The notes: generated from the letters alone by a model not told the origin. A stretch of 64,000 nucleotides of DNA from an uncultured Chlamydiae bacterium (GCA_963713615.1 CAVQMM010000001.1:544001-608000); one strand, 5' to 3'. Numbered from the stretch's first letter, positions 1 to 10,797 are shown. Numbers and translations: made by a program.

Positions 1-1717
1 CTGGAGGAGGTCCGCAAACGGCTTTAGACCGCTATCACGTCAAATTTTCCGAAAAATTCCATCGCTTTCGCAAATCCTATGGTTCTGCACTGCAGTGGTC
101 ATTAGAAAATCGCATCATAGTACTTATCCTCTTTGGATTGATTTTTGCTAGCGCCTTGTTCCTATCCCCCTTTATTGGACAGGATTTCTTTCCCACCGTC
201 GATGCAGGCCAGCTACGGCTGCATGTCAGAGCACCATCAGGCACAAGAATTGAAGTGACTGCTGAGATATTCAGTGAAGTGGAAAATGAAATTAAAAAAG
301 TCATTCATCCCGATGATATTGAGATGTTGATAGATAATATTGGCATTAATCCAGTGCCTTATACCCTTGCTTTTGGGGATAGCGCTACTATCGGTGGCTA
401 TGATGGTGAAATTTTGATCTCACTCAAAGCTGAAAGGAAATATTCAACCCAGCAATACATGACAATGTTACGGGAGCAGCTGAAACATAAATTTCCAAAT
501 TTACTTTTCTTTTTCCAACCAGCCGATATCGTCAATCAAATTCTTAATATTGGCTTGCCAACGCCCAATCGATATTAAAGTTTCAGGATATGATCACGCG
601 AACAATTTAAAGGTCGCACAAGAATTAGTCGAAGAGATCTCCCATGTTCCGGGTGCTGTCGATGCCCATATTCACCAAATTGTGGATCTTCCTGAATTGT
701 TTCTTGAAGTGGATAGAATGCAAATTGCGCTTGCTGGGCTCAATCAATTAAACGTGACCGATGATGTTCTGATCAATTTCAGTGACAGCACAACAGTGAC
801 TCCGAACTTTTGGCTAGATAGAAAATCCGGTGTCCCTTACCTGATTGCTGTACAAAATCCGAAATACCGCATTAACACTATAGAAGGGCTATTGCATATC
901 CCTATCTCCAGCCCTGAGACTAAGCAATCACAACTTTTATGCGATCTATGCACAGCTAGAACGTCGTTCGACTGTAGGTGTAGCGAGCCATCTTAATATT
1001 CAACCTGTTTATGATATTTATGCTAATGTGCAAGGACGTGATTTAGGGGGTGTTGCTTCCGACATCCAAGACATGGTGGATAAATATAACCAAAAAATGG
1101 CTCCAGGCAATACCATTATCGTCAGCGGGGTAGTATCAAATATGAAGATCGCTTTTACGAAGCTGGCTATCGGTTTTATTTTTGCCATCTTGTTGGTATA
1201 TTTCATCATGGTGATCAACTTTCAATCCTGGCTGGATCCTTTTATCATCACCATGGCGATACCAGGAGCTATCTCAGGCATTATTTGGGCATTGTTTCTT
1301 ACCGGCACCACGTTTAACATCCCCTCTCTCATGGGATCTATCATGAGTGTAGGAATCGTTACGGCCAACAGTATTTTGCTGGTGACTTTTGCAAATTTTC
1401 AGTTAAGAGAAGGCAAAAACAGTATTCAGGCTATTCACGCCGCTGCCGAAACGCGACTAAGACCAATTTTAATGACAGCCTTGGCGATGATTGTCGGCAT
1501 GATTCCAATGGCATTGGCACTGGGTGAAGGGGGCGAGCAAAACGCTCCCTTAGGTAAAGCCGTTATTGGCGGGCTTGTTATAGCGACTTTAACCACATTA
1601 TTTTTTGTTCCTGTGATATTTTCTTACTTGCGGCATAAGGAAAATCCCTATCTGCATGCTAAACCACAGCCTTATGTGCCACCTGAACATCAAGCGATTA
1701 ACCAAGACGAAGAATGA
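1..1717 (+). pseudogene. RND efflux permease (AcrB/CzcA/NolG type), C-terminal part, split by frameshifts
   Basis: ORFs 138-578, 550-996 and 1028-1717 are consecutive pieces of one RND transporter (FFPTVDAGQ, SLMGSIMSVGIVTANSILLV, RLRPILMT, EQNAPLGKAVIGGL). The frame changes near 570 and 950. The gene begins before the window. Confidence 0.85.
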
Positions 1718-2890
1718 CCGAATCAGTCCAGGATAATAAAATGCGATCCCGGCGAAAATGGAAGCTTATCTGTATGACAGCACTCGTGCTGTCTTTGCTC
1801 TTTTTGTGAGGATGGATCCCGCATCTGATCAATACGAAAAAAATTGACTTCCTAGCGGCTGAAGATCCCTTGCCCCGAGTTGCCATCATGCAGCTTAAGC
1901 CCAATACAAAACCCATTGAGTTGATTCTTCCTAGCTCTGCCCAAGCTTGGCATATCACGCCGATATGGGCTCGGGTCAATGGTTACCTGATACGCTACTT
2001 AGTCGACATTGGCGATGCGGTGAAAGTCGGCGATCTATTAGCTGAAATCGATACTCCAGAAACATGATGAGGAGTTAGCTCAAGCGCAAGCGGATCTAGT
2101 AAATTCCATCGTAGAAAAGAGACATAGCCAAAATCACCAGCGATCGATGGCAAAGACTTTGGAATAAAAATATGGAAGCTGTTTCAAAACAAGAAGTGGA
2201 TCAGATATAATGCTAACTTTAAATCTGCAGAAGCCATTGTGGTCGCCAACGAAAAAAATGTCTCCCGATTGACCTATCAGCAACAGTTCAAATATATCTA
2301 TGCCCCTTTTGATGGCATCATTACCCAACGTCTGATCGACATCGGCCACTTGATTTATGGCAATGTCAATGGAGCCCCGCAAGAGCTCTTTCAAATTGCG
2401 CAAACACATCGCATCCGTTTTTTTGTTGATGTTCCACAAACCTATTTCACGCAAATCAAGGACGGGCTTGAAGCTGAAGTCACCATCCCGCAATTGCCCG
2501 ATAAAATCTTTAAAGGAATTGTCACACGCTTTGCCAAGGCTTTAGATCCTACAGCTCGTACCTTATTGACCGAGGTGGATGTAGAGAACAAGGATGGCAT
2601 CTTATATACGGGGTTGTATGCACGCGTAAAATTTCTGTTATGGCCTGATACAATCACTTTTATTATCCCTACGACAGCAGTCATCATCCGCTCTGGTTTT
2701 CCGCATGTGGCGATTGTAGATGAAAACAATACCGTTCACCTCAGTCAAGTACAAATCGGACGTGATCTACGGCAATCAAATGGAAATCACCTCCGGTCTT
2801 AAAGAGAATCAACGCATTGTTGTTATCCCTTCGGATAGAATCATTGATGGTGCGAAAGTAGACATTATTCCTGCTGCAAAGGATGTGTAG
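1714..2890 (+). pseudogene. RND periplasmic adaptor (membrane fusion protein), disrupted
   Basis: The ATG overlaps the permease stop. Fragments carry IWARVNGYL..LVDIGDAVKVGDLLAEIDTPE, APFDGIITQR and DPTARTLLTEVDVEN. There is an in-frame TGA near 1807 and several frameshifts (about 2065, 2115-2170, 2768). Confidence 0.85.
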
Positions 2891-2935
2891 CGAAACAGGC
2901 TCTTGTGAAGTAACTCAAAGGTTGGCTGGCGCAAT

Positions 2936-3162
2936 TTCCTATGTGGTGCAGTGTCATTCCATGACTGCGAGAACGGTTGAAACAGATGCCGTTTGTATCA
3001 CATGGGACGTTTGTTTTGCACGTCTCCACAATTGCAACGGATTGCTCGCAGTCATGGAATGCATGGAATGACTGCGCCACATAGGAAGCCTTGTTACTTT
3101 CAGATATTGGCGACGCAGTCGGTTGGGGCTCCAAAGCGCTTCGCGCTGCGTAACGATTGTGA
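2936..3162. repeat. Palindromic intergenic element plus REP-like remnant
   Basis: Arms ttcctatgtggtgcagt..cattccatgactgcgag / ctcgcagtcatggaatg..actgcgccacataggaa (2936-3087). Part of it recurs inverted at 24384-24432. Positions 3131-3162 resemble the REP arm at 10432-10463. Confidence 0.7.
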
Positions 3163-3198
3163 TTCCAAAGCGCCCCCAACTCTTCACAAGAACCATAA

Positions 3199-3654
3199 TT
3201 ATGAGGTTAGTTTGTTTAGTGAATTGGCGAATTGTTTAATATCTTTTGGTCCAAACGCTGCTGGTCCACCAGTCATTGTGCCTGCATCGCGAAGATCTTT
3301 CATAAAATTGCGCATCGATAAAATCGAACAAATATTCTGTTCATTATAAATTTCACCTCTTGGGTTGAGAGCAATAGCCTTTTTTTTCAAAACTTCCGCA
3401 GCTAGGGGAATATCAGCAGTGATGACAATGTCGTGGATTTCCACTTGATCGATAATGTGTTGATCGGCGGCATCAAATCCTTTGTTCACCACAATCAATT
3501 GGATAAGATCGCTGGGAGGAAAAAATTGATACGTATTAGCCACTAATATAATGGGTATATTTAAGCGACGGCTTGTTTTAAAGACGATTTCTTTAACTGC
3601 TTTAGGGCAAGCGTCCGCATCAATCCATATTTTATTGGGCCTAATTTTTGGCAT
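3199..3654 (-). CDS. YaiI/YqxD (DUF188) family protein, copy 1
   Basis: IWIDADACP, GFDAADQHI, DIVITADIPLA and TGGP motifs. Confidence 0.9.
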   Translation of the reverse strand: MPKIRPNKIWIDADACPKAVKEIVFKTSRRLNIPIILVANTYQFFPPSDLIQLIVVNKGFDAADQHIIDQVEIHDIVITADIPLAAEVLKKKAIALNPRGEIYNEQNICSILSMRNFMKDLRDAGTMTGGPAAFGPKDIKQFANSLNKLTS

Positions 3655-4021
3655 CTTTCTAAACTCTCATTTATCTCAACTACATTGCTAGATGAAATGT
3701 GGATTTATGGTTTACCCATTTAAAGCTACATCATGGACCATTAAATTGCCATAAATGATGGTCGTTAGGACGGCATTGATAGCAGCGAGCTCTTATGTTT
3801 AATTAGCATCGACTGAAAATAATTTGAGAACGAGATGTCTTTTATACAAGGTCGTCGATAGCGTTAGCAAATGAATGTCGGTTTTGATGAAATAAAGCTC
3901 TTTAAGACACTTTCTGAACGTGAAAATGAACTGCCTCAAAACATCAAGTTCCGGCATAAAGGTGATTGATGAGTCTTTCCCTTACAATACAGAAAGTCAT
4001 GTTATCCATTCAAGCCAAGCG

Positions 4022-5167
4022 CTAAAATGGAAGTTCCTCGTGAAAGTGAGAGAGAACTCGACGCAGTAGCTTTTCCGGTCGATTGCCTCGAAGCTCTTGG
4101 ACGTTCGCTTGAAGGGCCTTTATGTGCTCCTCAACTTCTAGGACTTCTAGCTGCATTGCAAAGGTCGGAGGGATCATCTCGTCAGTACAATAATGCCTTA
4201 TGGGCATATATTGAGGATGGCAAAGGAGTGTTTCGAATCTGTTTTGTAGATCTTCTATTTGATCCTTTAGAATAGAATTATAAATTTTGAGCTGGGCATC
4301 ACTTGAAAGTCTGGTCGAATTTTCTTCATTTCCTACTCGATTCATCCACTCTATCTCGAGCGTCAACAGCGTATGCAAGTCATCATTTTCATAGGCGTTG
4401 GTCAGTTTTTTCATCAGCATTTCTTTTTCGGCTTTCTGAAAAGGGTCTTGCTCTAGGTCAGGATGAAGAGCTTTCGCTAGCTGTTTATAGATACTTGCCA
4501 AGCCTTTTTTTTGAAGATTCTCCAGTTCCTGTACCTTGCTAGCTTTCTCTTGAGCCCTTCTTTCCTTTTCCAGTTCGCGTTTTGTTTTTTTTCTTGTTTC
4601 AGGTTCTCTTTCTTTTTGCGCTTTGGCTGCTACATCGTCAATCAAATCGCGGACCTTTTGCATCGTATCATGAAAATCGTCGTCAACGTTTATTTTGGAG
4701 AGGTCAATGTCAAGTCCATGTTCTTTGAACATGTCTTCCAAATATTCTTTCATATTAGAGAATTCATCGGAAATTATTTGCTTGTAATCCATGCCTTCTA
4801 ATTCTTTAAAAATGGCACAGAGTTCAGGGTCGAAATCGTTGAATATTTCTCCATCAAAGGCTTCATTGATTTTACAACAGATCAATTCTTTGAGAAGCTC
4901 TCGCTCCTTCTTTGTAAGGCAGGATAGATTTTTGTAGTGCCCATACATGAGTTTGATGCAATCCTCAAGGGCCTTGTTAGAGGTCCGTTGTCGTGGTAGT
5001 AGCTCCTTATGAAAAAAATCGAGTGCTTGGTTAAGATATGTTTGAGCGGCTTCTAGCTCTTGTTGGAACTTTTCAATTTTGTTTTTGAGGCGATTGAAGG
5101 TTTTTTGTGCGGTGCTTAGGGAATGCTTGTTAGTTTTTTTCTGTTGAGTTTGAACCAAAGTCTTCAT
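4022..5167 (-). CDS. Coiled-coil protein with a partial J-domain (HPD motif)
   Basis: YKQLAKALHPD...MKKLTNAYE. The ATG at 5167 is preferred over the TTG at 5188. Confidence 0.7.
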   Translation of the reverse strand: MKTLVQTQQKKTNKHSLSTAQKTFNRLKNKIEKFQQELEAAQTYLNQALDFFHKELLPRQRTSNKALEDCIKLMYGHYKNLSCLTKKERELLKELICCKINEAFDGEIFNDFDPELCAIFKELEGMDYKQIISDEFSNMKEYLEDMFKEHGLDIDLSKINVDDDFHDTMQKVRDLIDDVAAKAQKEREPETRKKTKRELEKERRAQEKASKVQELENLQKKGLASIYKQLAKALHPDLEQDPFQKAEKEMLMKKLTNAYENDDLHTLLTLEIEWMNRVGNEENSTRLSSDAQLKIYNSILKDQIEDLQNRFETLLCHPQYMPIRHYCTDEMIPPTFAMQLEVLEVEEHIKALQANVQELRGNRPEKLLRRVLSHFHEELPF

Positions 5168-5287
5168 AAGTGATACCTCGAGATACAAAGTTATGAGAAT
5201 AAATGTGAGTCCATTTTTTCAGAGGGCTCTATTTAAGGTATAAACATGGTAGTTATGACTAGCGGCATAACTGCCAGGGGTCAATAA

Positions 5288-5333
5288 CTCCGGATGTAGG
5301 ATTGGAACCTACGACCAATGGCTTAACAGTCCA
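5288..5333 (-). repeat. att remnant: 46-bp copy of the tRNA-Asn 3' half
   Basis: ctccggatgtaggattggaacctacgaccaatggcttaacagtcca matches 19430-19475 with 2 mismatches. Confidence 0.92.
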
Positions 5334-5883
5334 GTGTGAGGTAAAAATTTACGACAATTTGCAATTCGTATCAATAGGAAAATCAAACACGTAAGACTGT
5401 GGGGGTGTTGTGCCTAGGTATTTGTTCATACCGGAGGTTCTTAAAGGCTGGATCACCTCTTCTAGGAAAAGAGTTAAAACGATTCACCGCTGTGATCAAG
5501 GAGTATTTGTTGTTAATCGCAAACTCATCAATTCCCGTCGAATAAGAAGTAAACTGCTGTGTGGCGAGGGCCGGCTGGCTGTATATGTAGCAACGCTTCG
5601 CTAAGCCATGATCTGCCATATTTTTTGATTCCTACTATCGTTTGCTGTAATTAGTATATTTTCGACATCTAAATCAAATATATTTTTATTACTACAGTGT
5701 TATAATGTATTATATAGCCTTGTGTAGTTAATAAAATGGAAAGGTTTATATGGTTAAAATAGAGGCGTCTGGAGACGGTTCAATCAGAGACTACAACATG
5801 GATGACCCGGTTGATGTTAAAAAACCGTCTAGCAAGGGGCATTATCAACGTTTTGACGCGCAGGATCTTAAGGGCTTTAAGTG

Positions 5884-6003
5884 CTCCAGCTACTGGGTAC
5901 ACTTCGAACTTTTGATTGGCTCAGTCTTTCTCAAGAATTTTCAACCCTCTCAAAAGTAATAGCTTAAAATTCAGTTGAAAATAATGTATCCCAAAAGATA
6001 CAA
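5884..6003 (+). repeat. 120-bp duplicate of the TA promoter region at 11101-11220 (orphan copy)
   Basis: Near-identical block running from ctccag(c/t)tactgggtacac to tgtatcccaaaagatacaa. Confidence 0.9.
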
Positions 6004-6174
6004 CGTTTCATGCTTGCTGGTATTGATTTGGATGATGACGGCAGGGTTTGTCGGTGATGGTCTGTTTATTAAAAATATGCGTGAAAATTGCAATATCCGT
6101 ACTATTGTCGATAATCCGTTTGAAATTATCCGTGTTTGCATTGAAAAGTAATTAGTTTTAAGAAGATTGAAAAA

Positions 6175-7614
6175 GTGGAAAATAGAGAGGCTTACTGGAC
6201 TATTTGTCCGAAATGTTATGGATGCGGCAAAAAAAACTTGAAGCTCCGCAAGAAAGCGAGACTCCGCTACCAAACAGCAATTAAGGAATTTGAAAAAGCT
6301 CAAGGGGAAGGGAAGGCTTCGGCTCGCCCTAAGATTACTCAATATTTATGCGATAATTGCAGCGGATCTGGCCTGATTCCTACTACTAGTCACCCCATAG
6401 CAGATACAGAAAACTATCCACATGTAGCAATTATTGGTGCAGGTATAGGAGGCGTGGCTCTGGCTGTAGCTTGTTTGCATCGTGGTATTCCATTCACCCT
6501 TTATGAGCGCGATAGCAGCTTTGATGCACGAGCTCAGGGCTACGGACTTACCTTGCAACAAGCAAGTAACGCAATTAAAGGATTGGGTCTTTTCTCTTTA
6601 AAAGACGCGCGTAATTCCACACGCCATGTGGTGCATACTACAGAAGGAAAAGAAATTATTGAATGGGGAAGGAGGACGCATTCAAACACTAAAAAGTCTC
6701 CAAGGCGTATAAATGTACATATCCCGCGACAGGCCTTGCGCTTAGCGTTGCTTGAGCAATTGGGCGACCATGATGCCGTGCAGTGGGGGCACCGCTTAGT
6801 TGGTTTTAAACGATGTGAAGATAAAAGTGTTGAGCTGAGCTTTCAAGTTAACGGAGAGATGAAGAATACCAAGGCAGATTTGGTGGTGGGTGCCGATGGT
6901 GTTCGTAGTGTTGTGCGCAGCTTGTTGATTGGTGAGGATATTACCCCTTTACGTTACCTGGGTTATGTGGTAATTTTGGGTATTTGTTCTTTAAAGGCTC
7001 TTAAGGGTGTTGAGAGTTCTTTGCTCGACTCAGCCACCGTGTTTCAAACCGTCAATGGCCATGAACGAATCTACATGATGCCTTACTCGTTAGACTTGGT
7101 AATGTGGCAACTTAGTTTCCCCATGCCCGAGGAAGAAGCTAAGGCCTTGAGTGCACAAGGAGCTCAGGCACTTAAAGAAGAAGCATGTCGTAGAACACAG
7201 TGGCATAAGCCCATTCCTCAAATTTTATCAGCAACTCTACCGGCACAAATTTCAGGTTATCCCGTGTACGACCGAGAATTACTCAAGTCGGAATTATTGG
7301 AAAAAGCTGGCGCATTTACTTTGATTGGAGATGCAGCTCACCCTATGAGTCCATTTAAAGGACAAGGTGCAAATCAGGCTCTGTTGGATGCGCTGGCACT
7401 GGCTCGTAACATTTCAATAGCATGTTCTCCCTTGTCTAAATGGAGAGAAACCGGATTGAGAGAAATTGTACTAACTGAATTTGAGGAGGAAATGTTAGCA
7501 CGTAGTGCTTCTAAAGTGGAGGATTCAGCTAAGGTTGTGGAACTTCTACATTCTAAAGGTGTGCTACGTGGTGATGGACCTAAAGGATGGTCTTTGCGAA
7601 GTAACAATCTGTAA
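6175..7614 (+). CDS. FAD-dependent monooxygenase with an N-terminal CxxCxGxG zinc-finger pair
   Basis: GAGIGG, ADLVVGADG and LIGDAAHPMSPFKGQGANQA motifs. CPKCYGCG and CDNCSGSG lie at the N-terminus. Confidence 0.88.
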   Translation: MENREAYWTICPKCYGCGKKNLKLRKKARLRYQTAIKEFEKAQGEGKASARPKITQYLCDNCSGSGLIPTTSHPIADTENYPHVAIIGAGIGGVALAVACLHRGIPFTLYERDSSFDARAQGYGLTLQQASNAIKGLGLFSLKDARNSTRHVVHTTEGKEIIEWGRRTHSNTKKSPRRINVHIPRQALRLALLEQLGDHDAVQWGHRLVGFKRCEDKSVELSFQVNGEMKNTKADLVVGADGVRSVVRSLLIGEDITPLRYLGYVVILGICSLKALKGVESSLLDSATVFQTVNGHERIYMMPYSLDLVMWQLSFPMPEEEAKALSAQGAQALKEEACRRTQWHKPIPQILSATLPAQISGYPVYDRELLKSELLEKAGAFTLIGDAAHPMSPFKGQGANQALLDALALARNISIACSPLSKWRETGLREIVLTEFEEEMLARSASKVEDSAKVVELLHSKGVLRGDGPKGWSLRSNNL

Positions 7615-7796
7615 TCAGGCTTGATCGCTTAGGAAACTTTGGCGTTTGCAAAACCTTGCAAGAGGGAGTTTGCGAGCTCAGGATGCATGATGGACCGGGG
7701 ATCAGAATTTATTACGGAAAGATTGGGAATAAGGCCGTAAAATGGTGCACAACTTTATTGACAGTTTCTCGCTTTTCTATCCAGGAACATGGGAGT

Positions 7797-7840
7797 CTCC
7801 GGATTAGGATTCGAACCTACGACTAATGGATTAACATTCC
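7797..7840 (-). repeat. att remnant: degenerate copy of the tRNA-Asn 3' half
   Basis: ctccggat-taggattcgaacctacgactaatggattaacattcc: one deletion and 2 mismatches versus 19430-19474. Confidence 0.9.
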
Positions 7841-8007
7841 GGCGTAAGCCGATAATCTACAACAAGCCACAAGTCGTAGCAATAGGAAAATCAAACACAT
7901 AAGGCGGTGAGGATGTTGTGGCTAGTTATTTAGCAGTGGATATTTGTGAGCAAGTGCACCACGCAATACGGGCTTTCTACCATGAAAGCTTGGTATAATC
8001 TATCGCT

Positions 8008-8211
8008 CTATGACTTGTTTTTGGGGCCGCTTTTTTTACGCTTAGCTGGTGCGATTGGCACCAGCTCATAGCGAAAAGGAGGTCTATACTTTACGATCTT
8101 ACCATTTTTGCTGAACACGAGAGCCGTGTTGGTGCGGATGGCAGTTTCAAGGGCTCTTTGATAGCTTCTTTTATGCGCCTGTAAAACTGCTTCACATAGA
8201 TCATCGTTCAT
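8008..8211 (-). CDS. Small basic protein coupled to the zeta-like ATPase (putative partner/antitoxin)
   Basis: Its start overlaps the end of 8201-8788. The ALVFSKNGKIV pattern is typical of small partners of this ATPase family. Confidence 0.6.
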   Translation of the reverse strand: MNDDLCEAVLQAHKRSYQRALETAIRTNTALVFSKNGKIVKYRPPFRYELVPIAPAKRKKSGPKNKS

Positions 8212-8788
8212 TTGCAGCCTCTGTCAGCTTTTTCCATAACGTTTCGTTTAAAATATTTAATGGACTATTCCCATCCTTCTTCGCTATCAACGCCATCGAT
8301 TTCTGGCTAGAGTTGTCTATTATTAAAGCAGTATCGGCAAGAGGTAGGTAATGAGCCTGGAGGTGCCTGATGCCCGCATAATAACGTCTAATCACTACTT
8401 CGGTAGGCACATGATGCCCACCTTGTTTGACCCTTTGAGAAACCCTTTCGACGGCTTGCTGTGGACTATCAAGCCATAGAAAGGTTAAACTGATTTCATA
8501 ACCCATTGACTTTGCGTGTTGCAAGTGCTTTACGTAATTGACACCAGAGGCTGTTGTTTCGAAGGCAAAGCTTCTATGACCTTCTAAAAGTTCTTTAAGG
8601 CGCTTTACCATCAATTTGCTGGCGGCTAGGGAGACGCTTTCTGGATGGAGTGGTGCGAGGCCTTTGGCAATTTCGTCAGCGTTGATAAAGTCGTAAAGCG
8701 TCTGGTGTTGGGCCTTCATGAGCTCCAGACATATCGTCGTCTTGCCAGCGCCGTTTGGTCCGGCAATCATCAGTATTTTTTTTGACAT
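8201..8788 (-). CDS. Zeta-toxin-like P-loop ATPase/kinase (COG4185 type)
   Basis: IAGPNGAGKTT, FINADEIA, SFAFETT and RVSQRVKQGGHHVP. Confidence 0.88.
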   Translation of the reverse strand: MSKKILMIAGPNGAGKTTICLELMKAQHQTLYDFINADEIAKGLAPLHPESVSLAASKLMVKRLKELLEGHRSFAFETTASGVNYVKHLQHAKSMGYEISLTFLWLDSPQQAVERVSQRVKQGGHHVPTEVVIRRYYAGIRHLQAHYLPLADTALIIDNSSQKSMALIAKKDGNSPLNILNETLWKKLTEAANER

Positions 8789-9319
8789 ATGACACTCGTT
8801 AGCCTAGTCGCGCAACTCTTTACCATCATTTACATACGATCGAATTCCCGGCGGAGGAGTGATAAAGATTCGTGTTAGCCTCAGAAAAGATTAATTATTT
8901 TTTTTGAGTCGGTTTACCAGAACCGGTGAACGGTTCCACCAGAGATCTTTCTCATTCTCAAGAGGTGTAAAACTAACAGAAGTTCCAGCGAAAGCTTCTA
9001 TGGGCACCTCCAAAATTATCATATCGGAGGACATCATACGCTTTAGGCGTGCATCTTCTGGGTCGGCGAAATAACACCTCTTAGTAAAACCAGAATAAAC
9101 TAAGGTAGGCCCACATTGTAATTCGGAAGGGTGGCAAACAGTGTAAAAAATGGGGGGTAGCAAGACTGTGCTCCAACAATACTCTGAAGAGGTATAATGC
9201 AACAGCTTACAACAAGTCACGATACACAGCAACAGGAAATTCAGTGACTTGGGTATGAATGCTTCTTGCGGGTGGTCGCTGGTTGCTGCTTGTTTTTGTG
9301 GGGCCAGTGCACCGTTCAG

Positions 9320-9566
9320 GGGCACTTTTCAAAGTCCTTTGTATAGCTTTCAACGGGCGCTTGGGCGACTGGAAAAAGGTGGGGTCATCGTCAGCCATCG
9401 AGAAGGCAAAACCCTGGTATATCAGTTTAATCCACGCTATCCCTTTCTCAAAGAACTGGAAGCCTTCTTGCAAAAAGCATACGCATCCTTTCCTGCAGAA
9501 ATTCGGGAAAAATACTATGAGCCAGTCATTCGAAAGCGGCCGCGTCGCCAAGGAAAACCATTATGA
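9320..9566 (+). pseudogene. Winged-helix regulator/antitoxin-like gene, 5'-truncated
   Basis: QRALGRLEKGGVIVSHREGKTLVYQFNPRYP is wHTH-like and its stop overlaps the next ATG. The N-terminal part of ORF 9249-9566 looks non-coding; the boundary is approximate. Confidence 0.6.
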
Positions 9567-9822
9567 TCGACTGGTCAACGGTATCACTCAAAGAGCTCGC
9601 CGGATTTTTATCAGAAGAACTTAGGAAACATGGGATAGATATCATCCTTGTCGGTGGTGCCTGCGCTACCATTTACTCGGAAAACCGTTATCAATCTTAT
9701 GACCTTGACTACATCACATATGAGGATATGAAGAAGGTAAAAAGGGCTTTGATCGAGCTGGGGTTTTCAGAATCGTTTAGCAAGCTTCTATCACTGGAAT
9801 GATAAGCAGGGACTCGAACAGA
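9563..9822 (+). pseudogene. Nucleotidyltransferase (type IV TA toxin-like), internally deleted
   Basis: LVGGAC...YQSYDLD NTase motif. After ELGF the sequence jumps to a C-terminal-type segment (RLASFYHWNDKQGLEQ) in another frame. The middle segment seen in the paralog at 18979 is missing. Confidence 0.7.
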
Positions 9823-9948
9823 GGCTTGCTTTCCCATAGGGTTTTGTTTTGGTGCACAATTGGTGCACTAAAAGAAAACCTATGCGAAGGCTAGGCCTTC
9901 ATTGGGTCTCTCAAAATGGGCAGGGACTTTTGTCCCTATTGGGCCATT

Positions 9949-10797
9949 GAGGTAATTGCAGAAGTCCGATTCTCCGAAGTCAATTTCCTGAAAATCGGAT
10001 GCCGGTGAAGAGAGAGTCATTCACTTCCCAGGCCCGAAGGGTCGATATTGCAACAGGCCATGGCATCGCCATGGTATATGCCAAAACGGTTTTAGCAGCC
10101 TGTAGGGCTGCCATAAAGCGCATGCATAAATGGTGTTTGTAAACTGGCGTCTTGTAGCAGTCCTTCAGACTGCGAAATCCCTTCCTGGCATATACCATGG
10201 CGATGCCACATAGGCCTCAACCTAAGCCTAACAATCGTATCTCGGCGCGCAGCGCTTTGGAGTGCGGTCGCTTGCGACCGCTTTGGGTTCCTTGCGACGG
10301 TCGTGTGCAACGGCATTACTATAATTCCCTAAGGGTAAAATAGTTAGTACATGCAGCCTTCGACGAATCCATACAATGCCGTTTAGCATTGCCGTCCCAA
10401 GGAACGAAAAGCGGTCGCAAGCGACCGCACTCCAAAGCGCTGCGCGCCGAGATACGATTGTGAAGTCCTAAGTCATTGAGATATAAGCTCAAAAGACCTG
10501 TTAGGTTGAGGCCTATGTGGCATCGCCATGGTATATGCCAAAACGGTTTTAGCAGCCTGTAGGGCTGCCATAAAGCGCATGCATAAATGGTGTTTGTAAA
10601 CTGGCGTCTTGTAGCAGTCCTTCAGACTGCGAAATCCCTTCCTGGCATATACCATGGCGATGCCATGGCCTGTTGCAATATCGACCCTTCGGGCCTGGGA
10701 AGGGAGAAAAGCCTGTCTTTCCAGACTGGATAGTGCCATACCACTTAAGCTCTCGAGAATCGATTCTCAAGGGCTCAAATAATTTTGCAATTACCTC
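9949..10797. mobile_element. 849-bp non-coding MITE built from nested inverted repeats, copy 1
   Basis: TIR GAGGTAATTGCA/TGCAATTACCTC, 4-bp direct repeat CATT on both flanks, and a second copy at 54665-57719. Confidence 0.88.

Noticed and set aside
1807..2067. TGA recoding or alternative genetic code
   Set aside because: The in-frame stops co-occur with frameshifts in one decayed locus, and TGA ends normal genes elsewhere.
5288..7840. Additional tRNA genes at 5288 and 7797
   Set aside because: Only the 3' halves are present (no D-arm or 5' acceptor strand), so they are att remnants.
10061..10665. Possible CRISPR array
   Set aside because: The repeats are inverted or nested, with identical rather than unique spacers. 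There is no regular period and no cas gene.
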